DNA of 63,794 nucleotides, filler included, from Globobulimina sp. (GCA_003354225.1; 56 parts of 56 records of this genome joined end to end with filler, not necessarily neighbours in it), one strand, 5' to 3'; counted from the whole stretch's first letter, positions 1-11,985 are shown. Numbers and translations: made by a program. Notes: generated by a model not told the origin, from the letters alone.

Positions 1-822
1 ATATAAATATCTTGCTTCATCATCAGGAGTTTTAGGGGGTTTGTTTCAAAGACTTGTGATGAAGAATATTTCCTATAGAAATGATCCTGTACAAGTATTT
101 CCTTAAAGAATAATATTTTCTCATTTGCTAACTCCACTTTCATCCCATTCCCATCAAATATCTATAAATTGCATGCAAATCCATTCCATTTATGGTATTC
201 CATTCCATCCATTCTATATTCTTTCAATTGCAATCACGAATAAACTACGCCGGGCCAGGGCCCGCATATACAATTTGCAATGCATGTTTTGCATCAGAGA
301 CACCTAATCACTTTGGTTGATGTGATTATTATGTCCTATATTCTTGAATGAATCAATGATTTACGAAAGATATCATAATTCCAAAAAGTTGAAAAGAAAC
401 AACTAAGTGATGCTGATTTGGAATTGTTAGCAAGGAATTAAACGGTGGGAAAAAGTTGCTCAAAAAGTGTTCTTTATATTACCACCAAATTAATTCATTT
501 TTTCATTTTTGTTTGGTTTGGTATCGTCTCGGACTTCAACTTTTGGAGTTAATGTTGTGTCTACAATTTCATGCAAAGCAATTCCATTTATGGTATTCCA
601 ATATATTACATAGAATCATAACGTGTTGGTTTTGTCGATGTGCTGTCATGAAGCAAGAATAAAGAATTGTCGACAAAAAACACTAAATCTTTTGATCCTT
701 TTCAGAATTCCAACCATGCCAAAGAGGAAAACAAAAGCAAACAAAAAACGAAAAAACAATAAACACAACAGACAAAACACTCACACAAAACTCGCAAATT
801 ACGTAAAGTCGCACCAAAGAAT

Positions 823-1042
823 GTGTCCATGAATAAACAACAAAAAGATACGAAATTTGCAAACATAAATCATGACGATGATGACTCAAAACATGATGAA
901 ATATACGACATATTAAGAAATCAAATGAATCCATTTGCAAATGTAGCATCTTCCACAGATGGTTTATTGCCTCAGCATTTATTGGCTATCGGAGCGGGAC
1001 CAATCTTGGATGTAATGTATGAAACCTGGCTGCAAACATGTT
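823..1042 (+). CDS. Hypothetical protein, N-terminal fragment
   Basis: ATG-initiated ORF open to the contig end; no recognisable motif. Confidence 0.35.
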
Positions 1043-1142
1043 NNNNNNNNNNNNNNNNNNNNNNNNNNNNNNNNNNNNNNNNNNNNTTAATTAATTAANN
1101 NNNNNNNNNNNNNNNNNNNNNNNNNNNNNNNNNNNNNNNNNN
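1043..1142. other. Artificial contig spacer (first of 55 identical spacers)
   Basis: 44 N + TTAATTAATTAA (stops in all six frames) + 44 N, recurring every 1140-1142 bp; 56 contigs plus 55 spacers sum to 63794. Confidence 0.99.
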
Positions 1143-1244
1143 TTATTTCAGAAAACATCATCTGAAATAATCCAGGAAATTATCTGACTATTAAGTTAAT
1201 TTGTATTTCAGAAATTCCTCTTTTTTGTATGTAATCAAAAAAAC

Positions 1245-2183
1245 TTAAAATATAATAATAAGAATATCATCATTATCTTTAATCATTTTCCTTAATGAAT
1301 TAGAGCCAATACTTGAATCATGACTTTTTAATAATAATTGGATTTTTTGTGGATCCAAAGAGTACCAAAACACCATATTATCGTACCAATGTAAATGTAA
1401 ATTACTAACCGCGCTGAGACAGGTCACATTCCACCAGTCGTCCAACAATAATAACTCATCCGTATCCAACGAGGCGTCCGATCCACTAAATACAAAGTGT
1501 TGAATACTCGCAGTTTCCACATTCCTTAACACTCTTAAACCAGCCACTTGGTTCAAGAACGCTATAAATGAGAGATATTGCGCCCATTCCCAATCCGCGA
1601 ATGGTTCACCATCAATCACAAAATCTAATTGTTTGATTTTAACTAAAATAGCATACAACGCCAAGACGGGCGCACAGGTCTCAATCAAATAAATTGGAAT
1701 ACTAAATATTAATTCACAAATATTTTTACGCGCCGATAACCGGAATGACGTCGAACATAATAAATAGAAATCCGTCCATATTTTCGCAAATGATTCTCTC
1801 CAATGGGCAAGAAAGGAAGTTACAATTTCGATCGATGGCATGTATCGCAAAATAGAAAGTGTGGATAACTCCCTTAGTGCTTGGGCTATCATTTTGGACT
1901 GGATATAGGTCGAATTGTTTGTGCATAGCGCGTAAATCAAAGCAATTCCAAACGAGAAAACACTTCCAAATAAAATATTTGCAAAAAGTGTCACTTCACA
2001 GATAGCCATAACCAATGCAGCATTATTCATGAATGGTGTGTTATATATATCTTCCGTGGAAGCATAAAGTGAGATGGCCATAAAATATCCATTCAACGCT
2101 GTTGTTAAAAAAACGGATAAAAACATTATCCGTCCGATCATGGTTGGCATTAATTTCTTATATGCATCATTTGATTCATCACC
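1245..2183 (-). CDS. Multi-pass membrane hypothetical protein (5' partial)
   Basis: >300-codon ORF with several hydrophobic segments, open at the contig edge. Confidence 0.6.
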   Translation of the reverse strand, partial: GDESNDAYKKLMPTMIGRIMFLSVFLTTALNGYFMAISLYASTEDIYNTPFMNNAALVMAICEVTLFANILFGSVFSFGIALIYALCTNNSTYIQSKMIAQALRELSTLSILRYMPSIEIVTSFLAHWRESFAKIWTDFYLLCSTSFRLSARKNICELIFSIPIYLIETCAPVLALYAILVKIKQLDFVIDGEPFADWEWAQYLSFIAFLNQVAGLRVLRNVETASIQHFVFSGSDASLDTDELLLLDDWWNVTCLSAVSNLHLHWYDNMVFWYSLDPQKIQLLLKSHDSSIGSNSLRKMIKDNDDILIIIF

Positions 2184-2495
2184 ANNNNNNNNNNNNNNNN
2201 NNNNNNNNNNNNNNNNNNNNNNNNNNNNTTAATTAATTAANNNNNNNNNNNNNNNNNNNNNNNNNNNNNNNNNNNNNNNNNNNNTTACTTTTCCCGCGAC
2301 ATGGAGCGGATGAATCAATTGGCAAATAATGTGGTGCTCCAAATATGTTTTGTAATAAAATTAATTCAATAAACAACAACTTGAGCATCATATTCAAAGC
2401 ACTAAAGTATACAAAAACAGTTTTTCAACTAAACAGTAAACACACAAGAAAGTATGGTATCGATCTAAATTATTCGCAACACAAAATGACACAAA

Positions 2496-3326
2496 TTATT
2501 TTATTTTATATGTATTTGGAACATCTGAAACAGAACACTCTGTGCTTTTTGATTTAACATTTAACAATTTCGGCCTCGGAGTTTTCTTTCGTTTATTGTT
2601 AAAGTCCTGATATAATAATGTTTGTTTATAGCGCACAAAAGAGTTCCTTAATAAAGAAGCCATTGCACTCATACATTCATCAAACATTTGATGCAAATAT
2701 TTTAATTTTTTGACAGTATTCAACGTTTCAAAATGGACATTATTCCCTGTCGCGAATAGCCAGTCATCAAAATCAGCCATAACATCTATCAATTTATATC
2801 TTGTCGCGGCACATACATTTATTTCGAACGGTGCTCTTCTTGCCACATATTTCTTATATAAAAGAAAGGCGCGAATCATCAATTCACTTATTTTGTTCTC
2901 AATGGCATGCTCGGAAACTATATATGTATTATATTTTTCATCTAATTTATCGTAAACAATATGCGATTTGGGAAACGTTTTGGATTTTATTGGCCATTTA
3001 ATACAATGCGTTTGCGAAACATCCCATTCTTGCTCATCAAAAATATCGCAGATACATCCGTTATCAACACCGTCTGATTCGTTTCTCAATTGTTGAATGT
3101 GATAATTTACGACAGCTTCTTTAAACTGTGTCATTTCTAATAAACTCAACAATATTTCAGTGCTATATTCTTCTCTTAAATGAGACATCAATGAATGAAA
3201 ACCGTTTTTATCGCTTAATACATCGCCGATATCACATTCACTGACAGGTTCTGACTGATTTTGTGCGGCATTCGCTATTTTGGATCCATTTGCGATTGTT
3301 TTTGCTAATTCATATTCGATGCCCAC
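2496..3326 (-). CDS. RGS-domain protein (5' partial)
   Basis: GFHSLMSHLREEYSTEILL, LYKKYV..APFEINV and LLRNSFVRYK match regulator-of-G-protein-signalling helices. Confidence 0.8.
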   Translation of the reverse strand: MGIEYELAKTIANGSKIANAAQNQSEPVSECDIGDVLSDKNGFHSLMSHLREEYSTEILLSLLEMTQFKEAVVNYHIQQLRNESDGVDNGCICDIFDEQEWDVSQTHCIKWPIKSKTFPKSHIVYDKLDEKYNTYIVSEHAIENKISELMIRAFLLYKKYVARRAPFEINVCAATRYKLIDVMADFDDWLFATGNNVHFETLNTVKKLKYLHQMFDECMSAMASLLRNSFVRYKQTLLYQDFNNKRKKTPRPKLLNVKSKSTECSVSDVPNTYKIK

Positions 3327-3426
3327 NNNNNNNNNNNNNNNNNNNNNNNNNNNNNNNNNNNNNNNNNNNNTTAATTAATTAANNNNNNNNNNNNNNNNNN
3401 NNNNNNNNNNNNNNNNNNNNNNNNNN

Positions 3427-4468
3427 TACGGTGATATCACAACATGCAGCAAAAAATATGCTGGCGGCACCACTGCGCGCATTGCAGGCTCACAAACAAA
3501 TCGTTTTTTGAGCAGGTTGTGGAGCAAAAGCGTCACATTAAAACTGCAAAACCGCGGAGATAAATTGCCATTGCAATCGCAAATGTATTACAAGATGAAA
3601 GCTACGTTTTTGTCATCTACGATATGGAGGAAATATTTAGGCTTTTCATTGCAACCACCCTTTGTTGAGCCGACTTTGGTGTTTGATCTGAAAGCACCAA
3701 AACTAGGAATGGTGGAACTTGAATGTCAGTTTGAACCGAAACAAGTGCTGCTTGGCCAAAACGTAGAAGTGTTTATTTCTGTTAAAAATAAGCAAAATGG
3801 ATTCCGACGTTCTAAGTTAAGATCAATATACAGATTAGATTCGCGACTGACAAATAAATATCAGAATATTGACGTTGTGTTGACACCGATTGGTAATGGC
3901 AATGGTGATGCAGATAACATCGGTCTAGCAATCATCAAAAATGTGGTGCAGATTCGTAAAAGGGATCTGGTAAATGTCAGGCACAGAGAATTAACTCCAG
4001 CGAAATTTAAGGTACATAGTGTATCCATTTGCGTGCTGCCATATTATTTGATAATTGATAAAGAAAAAAGTAATATATGTCAGCGAATGCAAATGTATAC
4101 AGTCCATCGGATTAATTGATATGTTCAGGTGGTGTCTGTTGGGAAACAATGTGTGTCATTTGAGATAAAAGGTGTTGGTAAAACATATTATGTGGATAAA
4201 GCACCAGAATGTATTGATGTTGTCGGCGCATTGAAGGCTGAATACGTCGGAGTCAACGATATTAATCGCTTAATAAATGATGAACAATCTGATAAATTTA
4301 AGTTAATCATAAAAACTGGGAATGAAGCAAAGTTGCAAGGAAATGTTGTGCTGACACCAAACATAAATGGAGGTATCAAAGGCTATGAATTTAATATTGA
4401 TCCACCAATTTTAAACACAGGAAATTGTAAAAGAGATTGTGTTTTGCCCTTTGATTTTACGCCAAAGT
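3427..4468 (+). CDS. Hypothetical beta-rich protein, partial, intron 4012-4128
   Basis: Two ORFs join in phase 0 across a 117-nt GT..AG intron (..AKFK|VVSVGK..). Confidence 0.65.
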
Positions 4469-4568
4469 NNNNNNNNNNNNNNNNNNNNNNNNNNNNNNNN
4501 NNNNNNNNNNNNTTAATTAATTAANNNNNNNNNNNNNNNNNNNNNNNNNNNNNNNNNNNNNNNNNNNN

Positions 4569-4976
4569 CAACACAAAAACACCATACACAGTCAAACAAA
4601 AAGTACGCCATTCTTCCACCGACTTATTCGACTTGTTCTTATTATAATATTTTAAGGCAAAGGCTAATCGTTGTAAATGTTGGCAGTCATCGATAATATT
4701 CGTTGTTGTATGATTGCAATTCATCTCAGTTTGTTTGAATAAATTTAAATCAATTTCATCATCATTTGGCGTTGTATCATGAATGGCCTTTGAGTCAACG
4801 GTAAGGGTTTTACTTTGTGGATTATGCGTTGTTTCAATTGGTTTTGAGTGAACACAACCGCTATGGTCTTGTATGTCTGCGGTAAGAGTTTCATTTTGTT
4901 TGTTCTCATTTGTCTCATTTTGTGTTTCATCATTTTCTTGAGATGTCTCATTAACACAACCCATATTTGTCGGCAA
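4569..4976 (-). CDS. Hypothetical protein, N-terminal fragment (CQHLQRLAFALKYY motif)
   Basis: Open ORF to the contig edge; start uncertain. Confidence 0.45.
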
Positions 4977-5310
4977 TTCCAAGAAAATAACAACTTCCTG
5001 TCGAGATTCGTGTTTTCTAACAAATTTGTCTCGCAAAGTTGGCAAACACCATGCACAGTTGTGAAAATGCTGAAGTTGTATAGTTTTCAGTTTTATTTTG
5101 TTTGAGTAAAGCTGGAAGATAATAAGCATACGCTAAACTGTTGCATGCCAACAATATTGATATTATATAACATGTAGACGAATCAAAACTTTTGGGGGAA
5201 TTCGAATGTTGGTTAATTATTTAATTAAAATTGGACCTAAAGCAGTTGAAGCAATATTGTCATTTGTTGTATATGAATAATACGATCAACAGTTTTAGTT
5301 TAAGTTGCAA

Positions 5311-5610
5311 TCATTGCGGAGTAAGCACCACAAAAGCAAGCGTTGCTGCATCCAACGTAACAGTCTTTCCATCACCTTTTACTGCTTCAACTTTTGGAAA
5401 CTGTCCATTCACATATTCCATTTTAACATTATTAACCATCATAATTCTCGAATTTAACTGTGCTTCACTTGATTTTAAATGGTATTCGTCTGCATTATAT
5501 CCACTGGCTCCATTACCAATATTCAATGTTACCACTGCATTATTTTTTAAATCGAAATTAATCATCGCCAAAACAACTCGATTCCTGCCACCACTGCCAA
5601 CTCCATCAAA
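5311..5610 (-). CDS. Heparanase-like GH79 glycoside hydrolase, C-terminal fragment
   Basis: LAMINFD..EYHL..LNSRIMMVNN..FPKVE..VTLDAATLAFVVL matches the GH79 C-terminal beta-sandwich. Confidence 0.7.
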   Translation of the reverse strand, partial: FDGVGSGGRNRVVLAMINFDLKNNAVVTLNIGNGASGYNADEYHLKSSEAQLNSRIMMVNNVKMEYVNGQFPKVEAVKGDGKTVTLDAATLAFVVLTPQ

Positions 5611-5712
5611 NNNNNNNNNNNNNNNNNNNNNNNNNNNNNNNNNNNNNNNNNNNNTTAATTAATTAANNNNNNNNNNNNNNNNNNNNNNNNNNNNNNNNNN
5701 NNNNNNNNNNGT

Positions 5713-6300
5713 TTCTATTTAGATTCATATGAGATTCCATCGTTACCCAAAGAGTCCTGGAGATTCAATAGATATATTTCTGATTGTCAGTATTTGAGAA
5801 ATATCGACACTTTTGACTGGATCTGGTCTAAATGCTTGGACGCATCTTTCTTTAATTCTGAAATAAATAATGCATATTTTGAAACATTTGATATTGGAGT
5901 TGCTGTTTGGTTTTATAATTATGCGAATACTAAAAATGAATTGGAACAATATATACAATCAACATACAGTGTTATGAAACCTAATTCATTTATTATTAGG
6001 GTTACAAATACAATGAAGGATGTGACTCAATGTAATAGTGGCTACTTTCAAAATAATTCAAAATTAGGTACATTCATTTCATTTAAAGATAACAGAATAA
6101 AGGAAGGGGCAATGATGGCCAAAGTTGGGTATGAACCCAATACAATGCAGTTTGGTGTGAATATATATAATTATTCGACATATAAATCTTTATTTAACAA
6201 AGTAGGATTCAACAAAATGCAATTTTTAACTAGTGACCAATATAAAGTGGGTCATAACTCTGCGGAATATGAAAAGAATCTATTTTCAGAATTTTACGTA
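5713..6300 (+). CDS. Class I SAM-dependent methyltransferase fragment (ToxA-like)
   Basis: FDIGVAVWFYNYANTKNELEQYIQSTYSVMKPNSFII and YKSLFNKVGF; 3' end appears fused to unrelated sequence. Confidence 0.6.
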
Positions 6301-6854
6301 AGTTTATCAATGATATAAAGAAGCATTATTTATACATGTTCGATTGTATGGTCTGTCATAATAATATGTATTAAAATTGTTTGCAAGTATGATGTTTACT
6401 TAGAGATCCATATTTTGCAGCTTCTTTTTCAGACTCTGTATACAATAAAAAGTCAGGATTGGTGTATGAGGTTTATGGACGTTGCCATATGTGGCGATTA
6501 GATGAATCTGTAGAGGTTTTTTGCACCCAAAATTCAACAATGGGTGATTGGGGAAATTATTCAACACAAAAACGCGTTGCGCGCATAACACATTGTTTCA
6601 AATATTCGATATACGGCATGTCAAAATGAAACGAACTCTATATTCATTCGATAAAAACTTATACTCCGATCTCTATAATCAAAGGCAAATGATCAGACCC
6701 ACTTCCTTTTCCTTCTCGAATCTCATAAAGATTCAAATTATTGTTAACAAAANNNNNNNNNNNNNNNNNNNNNNNNNNNNNNNNNNNNNNNNNNNNTTAA
6801 TTAATTAANNNNNNNNNNNNNNNNNNNNNNNNNNNNNNNNNNNNNNNNNNNNCC

Positions 6855-7757
6855 TTGCAAACATTTATTCAAAATGTTCATGACAAATTAATAAATGAGT
6901 TATCCAATTCCAACGTCAACAAATTCCAATTTCCTGTTTTAAGATTTATTCATCATAATATTGAGGAGAAGGAAAAGCAAAATGAAAAATATTTAAATTG
7001 TTTGGTACTCTCTCCATTGATGGATAAAAATAATGTAATTCCTACTTATGATGCAACTGACATTGATTTAATACAATTCATTACAAATCATTTCAATAAA
7101 CAGCAACCTGTATTGATCAAACAATTGGCCTCCGATTGGCCAGCAGTGGAAAAATGGAAAAATTTACAGTATTTTATGACTTCCGCAGGATTCAGAACAA
7201 TCCCAGTTGAAATTGGTAAAGTTTATACCGATGACAATTGGACACAGAAATTGATGCCATTTCATGAGTTTCTATCAAAATATTTGCTATCAAAGGAGAC
7301 TGGCACGGGATATTTGGCTCAACATTTGTTATTTGAACAAATACAATGTTTCAATTCAGATTTCCATGTACCAGATTTTGTTCATGTCGGAAAAACAGAT
7401 TTTTATCAAAAAGGAGAGATAAATTGCTGGTTTGGCCCAGATAATACAATCACGCCAATTCATTATGATCCAAAACATAATATTTTAGTACAAATTGTTG
7501 GTTATAAATATTTGCGAATGTATCCACCGCAAGAAACGCAAAACTTATATCCTCGGGAAGGCATTTTAAATAATACAAGTCAAGTGGACCCAGATGAGAA
7601 TCCGGAAATAGTTGAAAACAAATTCCCCAGATTTATGAATGCAAAGTATTTTGATATTTTGTTAGAACCCGGCGATGCGCTGTATATGCCACCGTTGTGG
7701 TGGCATTTTGTGAAGTCATTATCCATCTCATTTTCTGTTTCTTTCTGGTTTGAGTGA
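6855..7757 (+). CDS. KDM8: JmjC hydroxylase JMJD5/KDM8-like (5' partial)
   Basis: WPAVEKW, GFRTIPVEIG..YTDDNWTQKLM, YLAQHLLFEQI, WFGP..TITPIHYDPKHN, WWHFVKSLSISFSVSFWF. Confidence 0.93.
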   Translation: MQTFIQNVHDKLINELSNSNVNKFQFPVLRFIHHNIEEKEKQNEKYLNCLVLSPLMDKNNVIPTYDATDIDLIQFITNHFNKQQPVLIKQLASDWPAVEKWKNLQYFMTSAGFRTIPVEIGKVYTDDNWTQKLMPFHEFLSKYLLSKETGTGYLAQHLLFEQIQCFNSDFHVPDFVHVGKTDFYQKGEINCWFGPDNTITPIHYDPKHNILVQIVGYKYLRMYPPQETQNLYPREGILNNTSQVDPDENPEIVENKFPRFMNAKYFDILLEPGDALYMPPLWWHFVKSLSISFSVSFWFE

Positions 7758-8016
7758 TGGACACTGGACAGTGACTATATGAGTAACACGAACAAAACAT
7801 TACACATTTCTACAAACATTTTAGCACCCTCTATGGTTGCCAAGTCCCTGCCGTGCTTGAATGAATGTGAATGCTTCTTTCAGGTTCTTGACCANNNNNN
7901 NNNNNNNNNNNNNNNNNNNNNNNNNNNNNNNNNNNNNNTTAATTAATTAANNNNNNNNNNNNNNNNNNNNNNNNNNNNNNNNNNNNNNNNNNNNAAACCA
8001 ATCTAAATTATACGAT

Positions 8017-8483
8017 TTAAAATCTTTCTCCTCTTATACGTCTTGCCAAATGTAAGTCATCTGGTTTTATGGTTACCCGCTTTGCGTGTAAGGCGCAGAT
8101 ATTAGTATCTTCGAATAAGCCTGTCAAATAAGCCTCACTAGCCTCCTAAAAAACCAGTGTTTACAGTAATCATTATAAAATATCGACATGAAATTATATA
8201 CTTGTAGCGCGGCAAGAGCTGCAGACTGAAATCGTTTATCAGGACATATTCCTTGAGCTATCTCCTTGACCAAACGCTGGAATGGTAGTTTGCGTATAAG
8301 CAGCCCAGTCGATTTTTGATATCGACGAATCTCTTTTAACGCCACCGTACCAGGTCTATACCTGTATGGTTTTGTCACTCCACTTGGAATTTTGCGACCC
8401 ATCGGTTTTATGGCCAGTGGTTTTCTAGGAATGTTAGATGTCAAACCCATCTTTTGACGTATCATTTGCTTTGTACGTGCCAT
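8017..8483 (-). CDS. H3: Histone H3 variant, complete, 136 aa, intron 8146-8201
   Basis: [58 protein letters not shown]; 56-nt phase-0 GT-AG intron. Confidence 0.95.
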
Positions 8484-8895
8484 GATGATAATAGTATAAT
8501 ACAGATACAATTGGACAGCTATGTACTAGAAAAGTTATAGTTTAAAAGTAGAGCGTTTTGATGCACCCCGAATACATAACAAATATCCATATTTGCTCTC
8601 TAACTTCACTGAAATAATATCCAGAATCAGCATTTAAAGTGTTATAGAACAAGTTTTAGTTTAAAAAGAGCTGAATTTGCTGTGGGCACATACATATCGA
8701 GGGGTTTTATTTATTCATATTTACTGTACACTCACTGAGATAATATCGAGAATCAGCTAATATAATGGTGAAAATTGATTAATAAAAACGCTCCTGGTCA
8801 AGTCCAACAGTCTTAGAAATTTTGATTGATAGTCATCTTTTTTCCACCGTTCATTGTCATGTATTCTAGAGTAGTAGTAAATACTTGGCGATTCC

Positions 8896-8952
8896 GATGA
8901 CATCACTAGCTGGTTATTATTAGATGACATCACTAGCTGGTTATTAGATGAC
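8896..8952. repeat. Short tandem duplication (GATGACATCACTAGCTGGTTATTA x2)
   Basis: Direct repeat read from the sequence. Confidence 0.8.
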
Positions 8953-9136
8953 CTAAATAAATCTATATCACGACTACACCGTCATCATTGATCCATCCAT
9001 TTTTTCCATAGTTTCCTACCATCTATTGTAAAGCTANNNNNNNNNNNNNNNNNNNNNNNNNNNNNNNNNNNNNNNNNNNNTTAATTAATTAANNNNNNNN
9101 NNNNNNNNNNNNNNNNNNNNNNNNNNNNNNNNNNNN

Positions 9137-10178
9137 CCATCTTCAATTTCTTGTAATAATGCTACAAATGATTTATCCGCTAATGTATAATTTTCAAGTT
9201 TTTGTTTTAACCTGTCAAGGTCTGCACTTTTCAAGATGTTGTTGATTTGCAACCTTAAGATAAATAATAATGGTACTTTGATTGAATTATCTTTTGGAAT
9301 TTCGTTAACTAATTTTCTAGCTTTTTGCAACGAAATGTTAAATAATTCGCGGAGTTCTTGTATCGATAAATTGAGCAATTCTGATGTTTCGAATCGTTTT
9401 TCAATATGATTAATATCGCCATTGACTTTCATTTCTTCCTTATCTTCTTTAATTATATTAAATATAGTTTTACCAAGTATTTTGACAGATGTAGACTGTG
9501 TTAATCTCCAGCAATCTATTAATTTTAAATTCAAAATTTTGAGCAAAATGATTTTTGGTTCAAAATTATCAAAGAAATGAGTCATGGGTGACTGTGCAGG
9601 TTCAAATAATTGTGGTTCGGGGTTAGCTTTGGAATATTTAAGGATCTCTTCAATTATTGACCGTTTTATTTGTAATGCAGACTCGTTGGCAACCACGCCA
9701 GTTGTTCTTAATCGAAATATTTTTTTTATTTCTTGTATGCTAAAATTAATTAAATCATCAGCGTCAAATTCATGTTTTAGTGCTCCTTTGTACTTTTGAT
9801 ATAATTGCCACTCATCGTTTACAAAATAATCTTTCAATTGTTTTTTTTTATTCTTATTTGCATATTTTGCTTTGGTTTGTTTACCTTTTTCTGAAGCGGC
9901 ATATTGTTTTTTTGATTTTTTACTTATTTTTTGACCTCTTTCTGATGAGGCGTATTTAGTTTTACTTTCTTTTCCTTTTTTAGTGGCCGCATATTGTTTT
10001 TTGCTTTTTTTACCTTTTTCTGAAGCGGCGTATTTTTGTTTTGATTTTTCACTTATTTTTTTACCTCTTTCTGATGAGGCGTATTTAGTTTTACTTTCTT
10101 TTCCTTTTTTAGTGGCCGCATATTGTTTTTTGCTTTTTTTACCTTTTTCTGAAGCGGCGTATGTTTGTTTTGATTTTT
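9137..10178 (-). CDS. Hypothetical protein with basic Y-x-x-[ST]-x-[KR]-G-K repeats (partial)
   Basis: Frame is open across the whole contig; the repeat region reads in frame into the 9837 ORF. Confidence 0.65.
9881..10178 (-). repeat. 129-bp coding tandem repeat (~2.3 copies)
   Basis: TTACCTTTTTCTGAAGCGGC recurs at 9881, 10010 and 10139. Confidence 0.9.
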
Positions 10179-10278
10179 NNNNNNNNNNNNNNNNNNNNNN
10201 NNNNNNNNNNNNNNNNNNNNNNTTAATTAATTAANNNNNNNNNNNNNNNNNNNNNNNNNNNNNNNNNNNNNNNNNNNN

Positions 10279-11184
10279 CGGGAGTTAACATTACAAATCA
10301 GTGAAGAAATCAATAAATACATAGACTCCAATCCGGAGATTCAATTAAAAAATTGTGCGGTGTATGGTGGCTCCGATCGGCATCGACAAATCAATTCATT
10401 GCGGCAATCACCAGATATTTTAGTAGCAACTCCAGGCCGCTTGTTAGATTTATTAGAATGTGGTGAAACTAATTTTAAAAGAACGACTTATTGTGTGTTA
10501 GACGAAGCGGATAGAATGTTAGATATGGGATTCCGTGATGATTTAGAATGTATTTTGTCCTATATTCGGCCTGATAAGCAGGTAGACATTGTGTAGTTAC
10601 ACTTTCTTTACTTTACTTGACTGTTTTTTTAAAATGATGTTTTTCAGACTTTAATGTGGAGTGCAACGTGGCCCAAAGAGATCCAACAGATCGCAGCAAA
10701 TTATATGACAGACCCAATCCGTGTACAGATTGGTTCCACGGAATTGCACGCAAATAGCAATATTGAACAATGCTTTCGTTCATTGTCAAATGATTTTGAG
10801 AAATTGGATAAGTTTATGAACGATATGGAAGAAATCAGTGGCAAAAATAAGAAAGTATTGGTGTTTACCAATACCAAAAGGAATGCTGATATGTTAGCGA
10901 TGAAATTGCAATCAATGAGAATAAGAGCCGCGGCCATTCATGGCGATAAAACACAAGCAATGAGAGAAAAGACATTAAGTGCCTTCAGGAAAAATGATTT
11001 GCAATGTTTAATTGCTACGGATGTGGTTGCGCGAGGTATAGATATTACCGATATTGCGGTGGTGCTATGTTATGACTTCCCCACTGATATTGAGTCGTAT
11101 GTGCATCGCATTGGTAGGACGGGAAGAGCTGAACGAAAAGGATTAGCGGGGAAAACTGTCATTCAATTTATCACCTGTGCCTAA
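10279..11184 (+). CDS. DEAD-box RNA helicase, DBP2/p68-like (partial), intron 10582-10647
   Basis: RELTLQI, ATPGRLLD, VLDEADRMLDMGF, MWSATWPKEI, ATDVVARGID, YVHRIGRTGRA; 66-nt GT-AG intron in phase 0. Confidence 0.92.
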
Positions 11185-11421
11185 TCTATTATAGTTTGCG
11201 GGAGCATTGGTACTGAGTTTGGCATTAAAAAACCATCCCTCACCAATATCGGCGATCATCCTGATCCTACCGCGGTATAGAATATAAGAATCACCTGTGG
11301 AATTCAAAATATGATATATANNNNNNNNNNNNNNNNNNNNNNNNNNNNNNNNNNNNNNNNNNNNTTAATTAATTAANNNNNNNNNNNNNNNNNNNNNNNN
11401 NNNNNNNNNNNNNNNNNNNNT

Positions 11422-11985
11422 CATCTAAACAAATGGAATGAAATAATGGGCACTGATTATGTGCATCATTACTATCAAACAAAGTTATCAAATCGCACTG
11501 ATTCTATTTTTAAAATGAGACATAAAAGACACGAATATAGAGCGTATGCAATCCAATCAATCCAAAATATATCAAATCAAACTTTAATTTATTATCAAAA
11601 AGGCAGAATAGCACAATATGAACAATATGAAATGAGGAAAAAGTATGTATTTAGTTTTGCGTTATTTGGAAGGGGATTGGACACATTCCGAGTTTGGGAA
11701 TCTTTATTATTTGGTAATATTGTTATTACTCAATCGAGTCCGTTGGATAAATTATACAAAGAACATAATTTACCAGTTGTCACTGTTGAAGATTTCAGAG
11801 AAATAAATTTCAAAATGCTGCAATTTTGGTATGATAAATATAAGGGTTTGGTCGCAGTGAATAATGTGGAAACTTTCAAAAAACTGCAAATGAATTATTG
11901 GGCGAAACATATTAAACAGGAAACAATGTCTAAATTGATGAGAATTTATAACCAAAATGGTAGAACCAACAAATCATTTTTGTAA
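11422..11985 (+). CDS. Exostosin/GT47-like glycosyltransferase, C-terminal part
   Basis: YVFSFALFGRGLDTFRVWESLLFGNIVI..SPLDKLY..LPVV. Confidence 0.7.
   Translation, partial: HLNKWNEIMGTDYVHHYYQTKLSNRTDSIFKMRHKRHEYRAYAIQSIQNISNQTLIYYQKGRIAQYEQYEMRKKYVFSFALFGRGLDTFRVWESLLFGNIVITQSSPLDKLYKEHNLPVVTVEDFREINFKMLQFWYDKYKGLVAVNNVETFKKLQMNYWAKHIKQETMSKLMRIYNQNGRTNKSFL

Noticed and set aside
172..600. 31-bp near-identical direct repeat (172-202 and 570-600)
   Set aside because: Real, but both copies lie in stop-interrupted minus-strand frames; probably decayed paralogous fragments with no further structure.
1087..1098. TTAATTAATTAA recurring every ~1.14 kb as a biological periodic repeat
   Set aside because: Always embedded in 44+44 N; an artificial six-frame-stop joiner. 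ORFs ending in X..LIN are artefacts of it.
8017..8483. Centromeric CenH3/CENP-A
   Set aside because: Loop 1 has canonical length and the H3-diagnostic Q (PFQR), F (RFQ) and T (EDTN) residues are retained.
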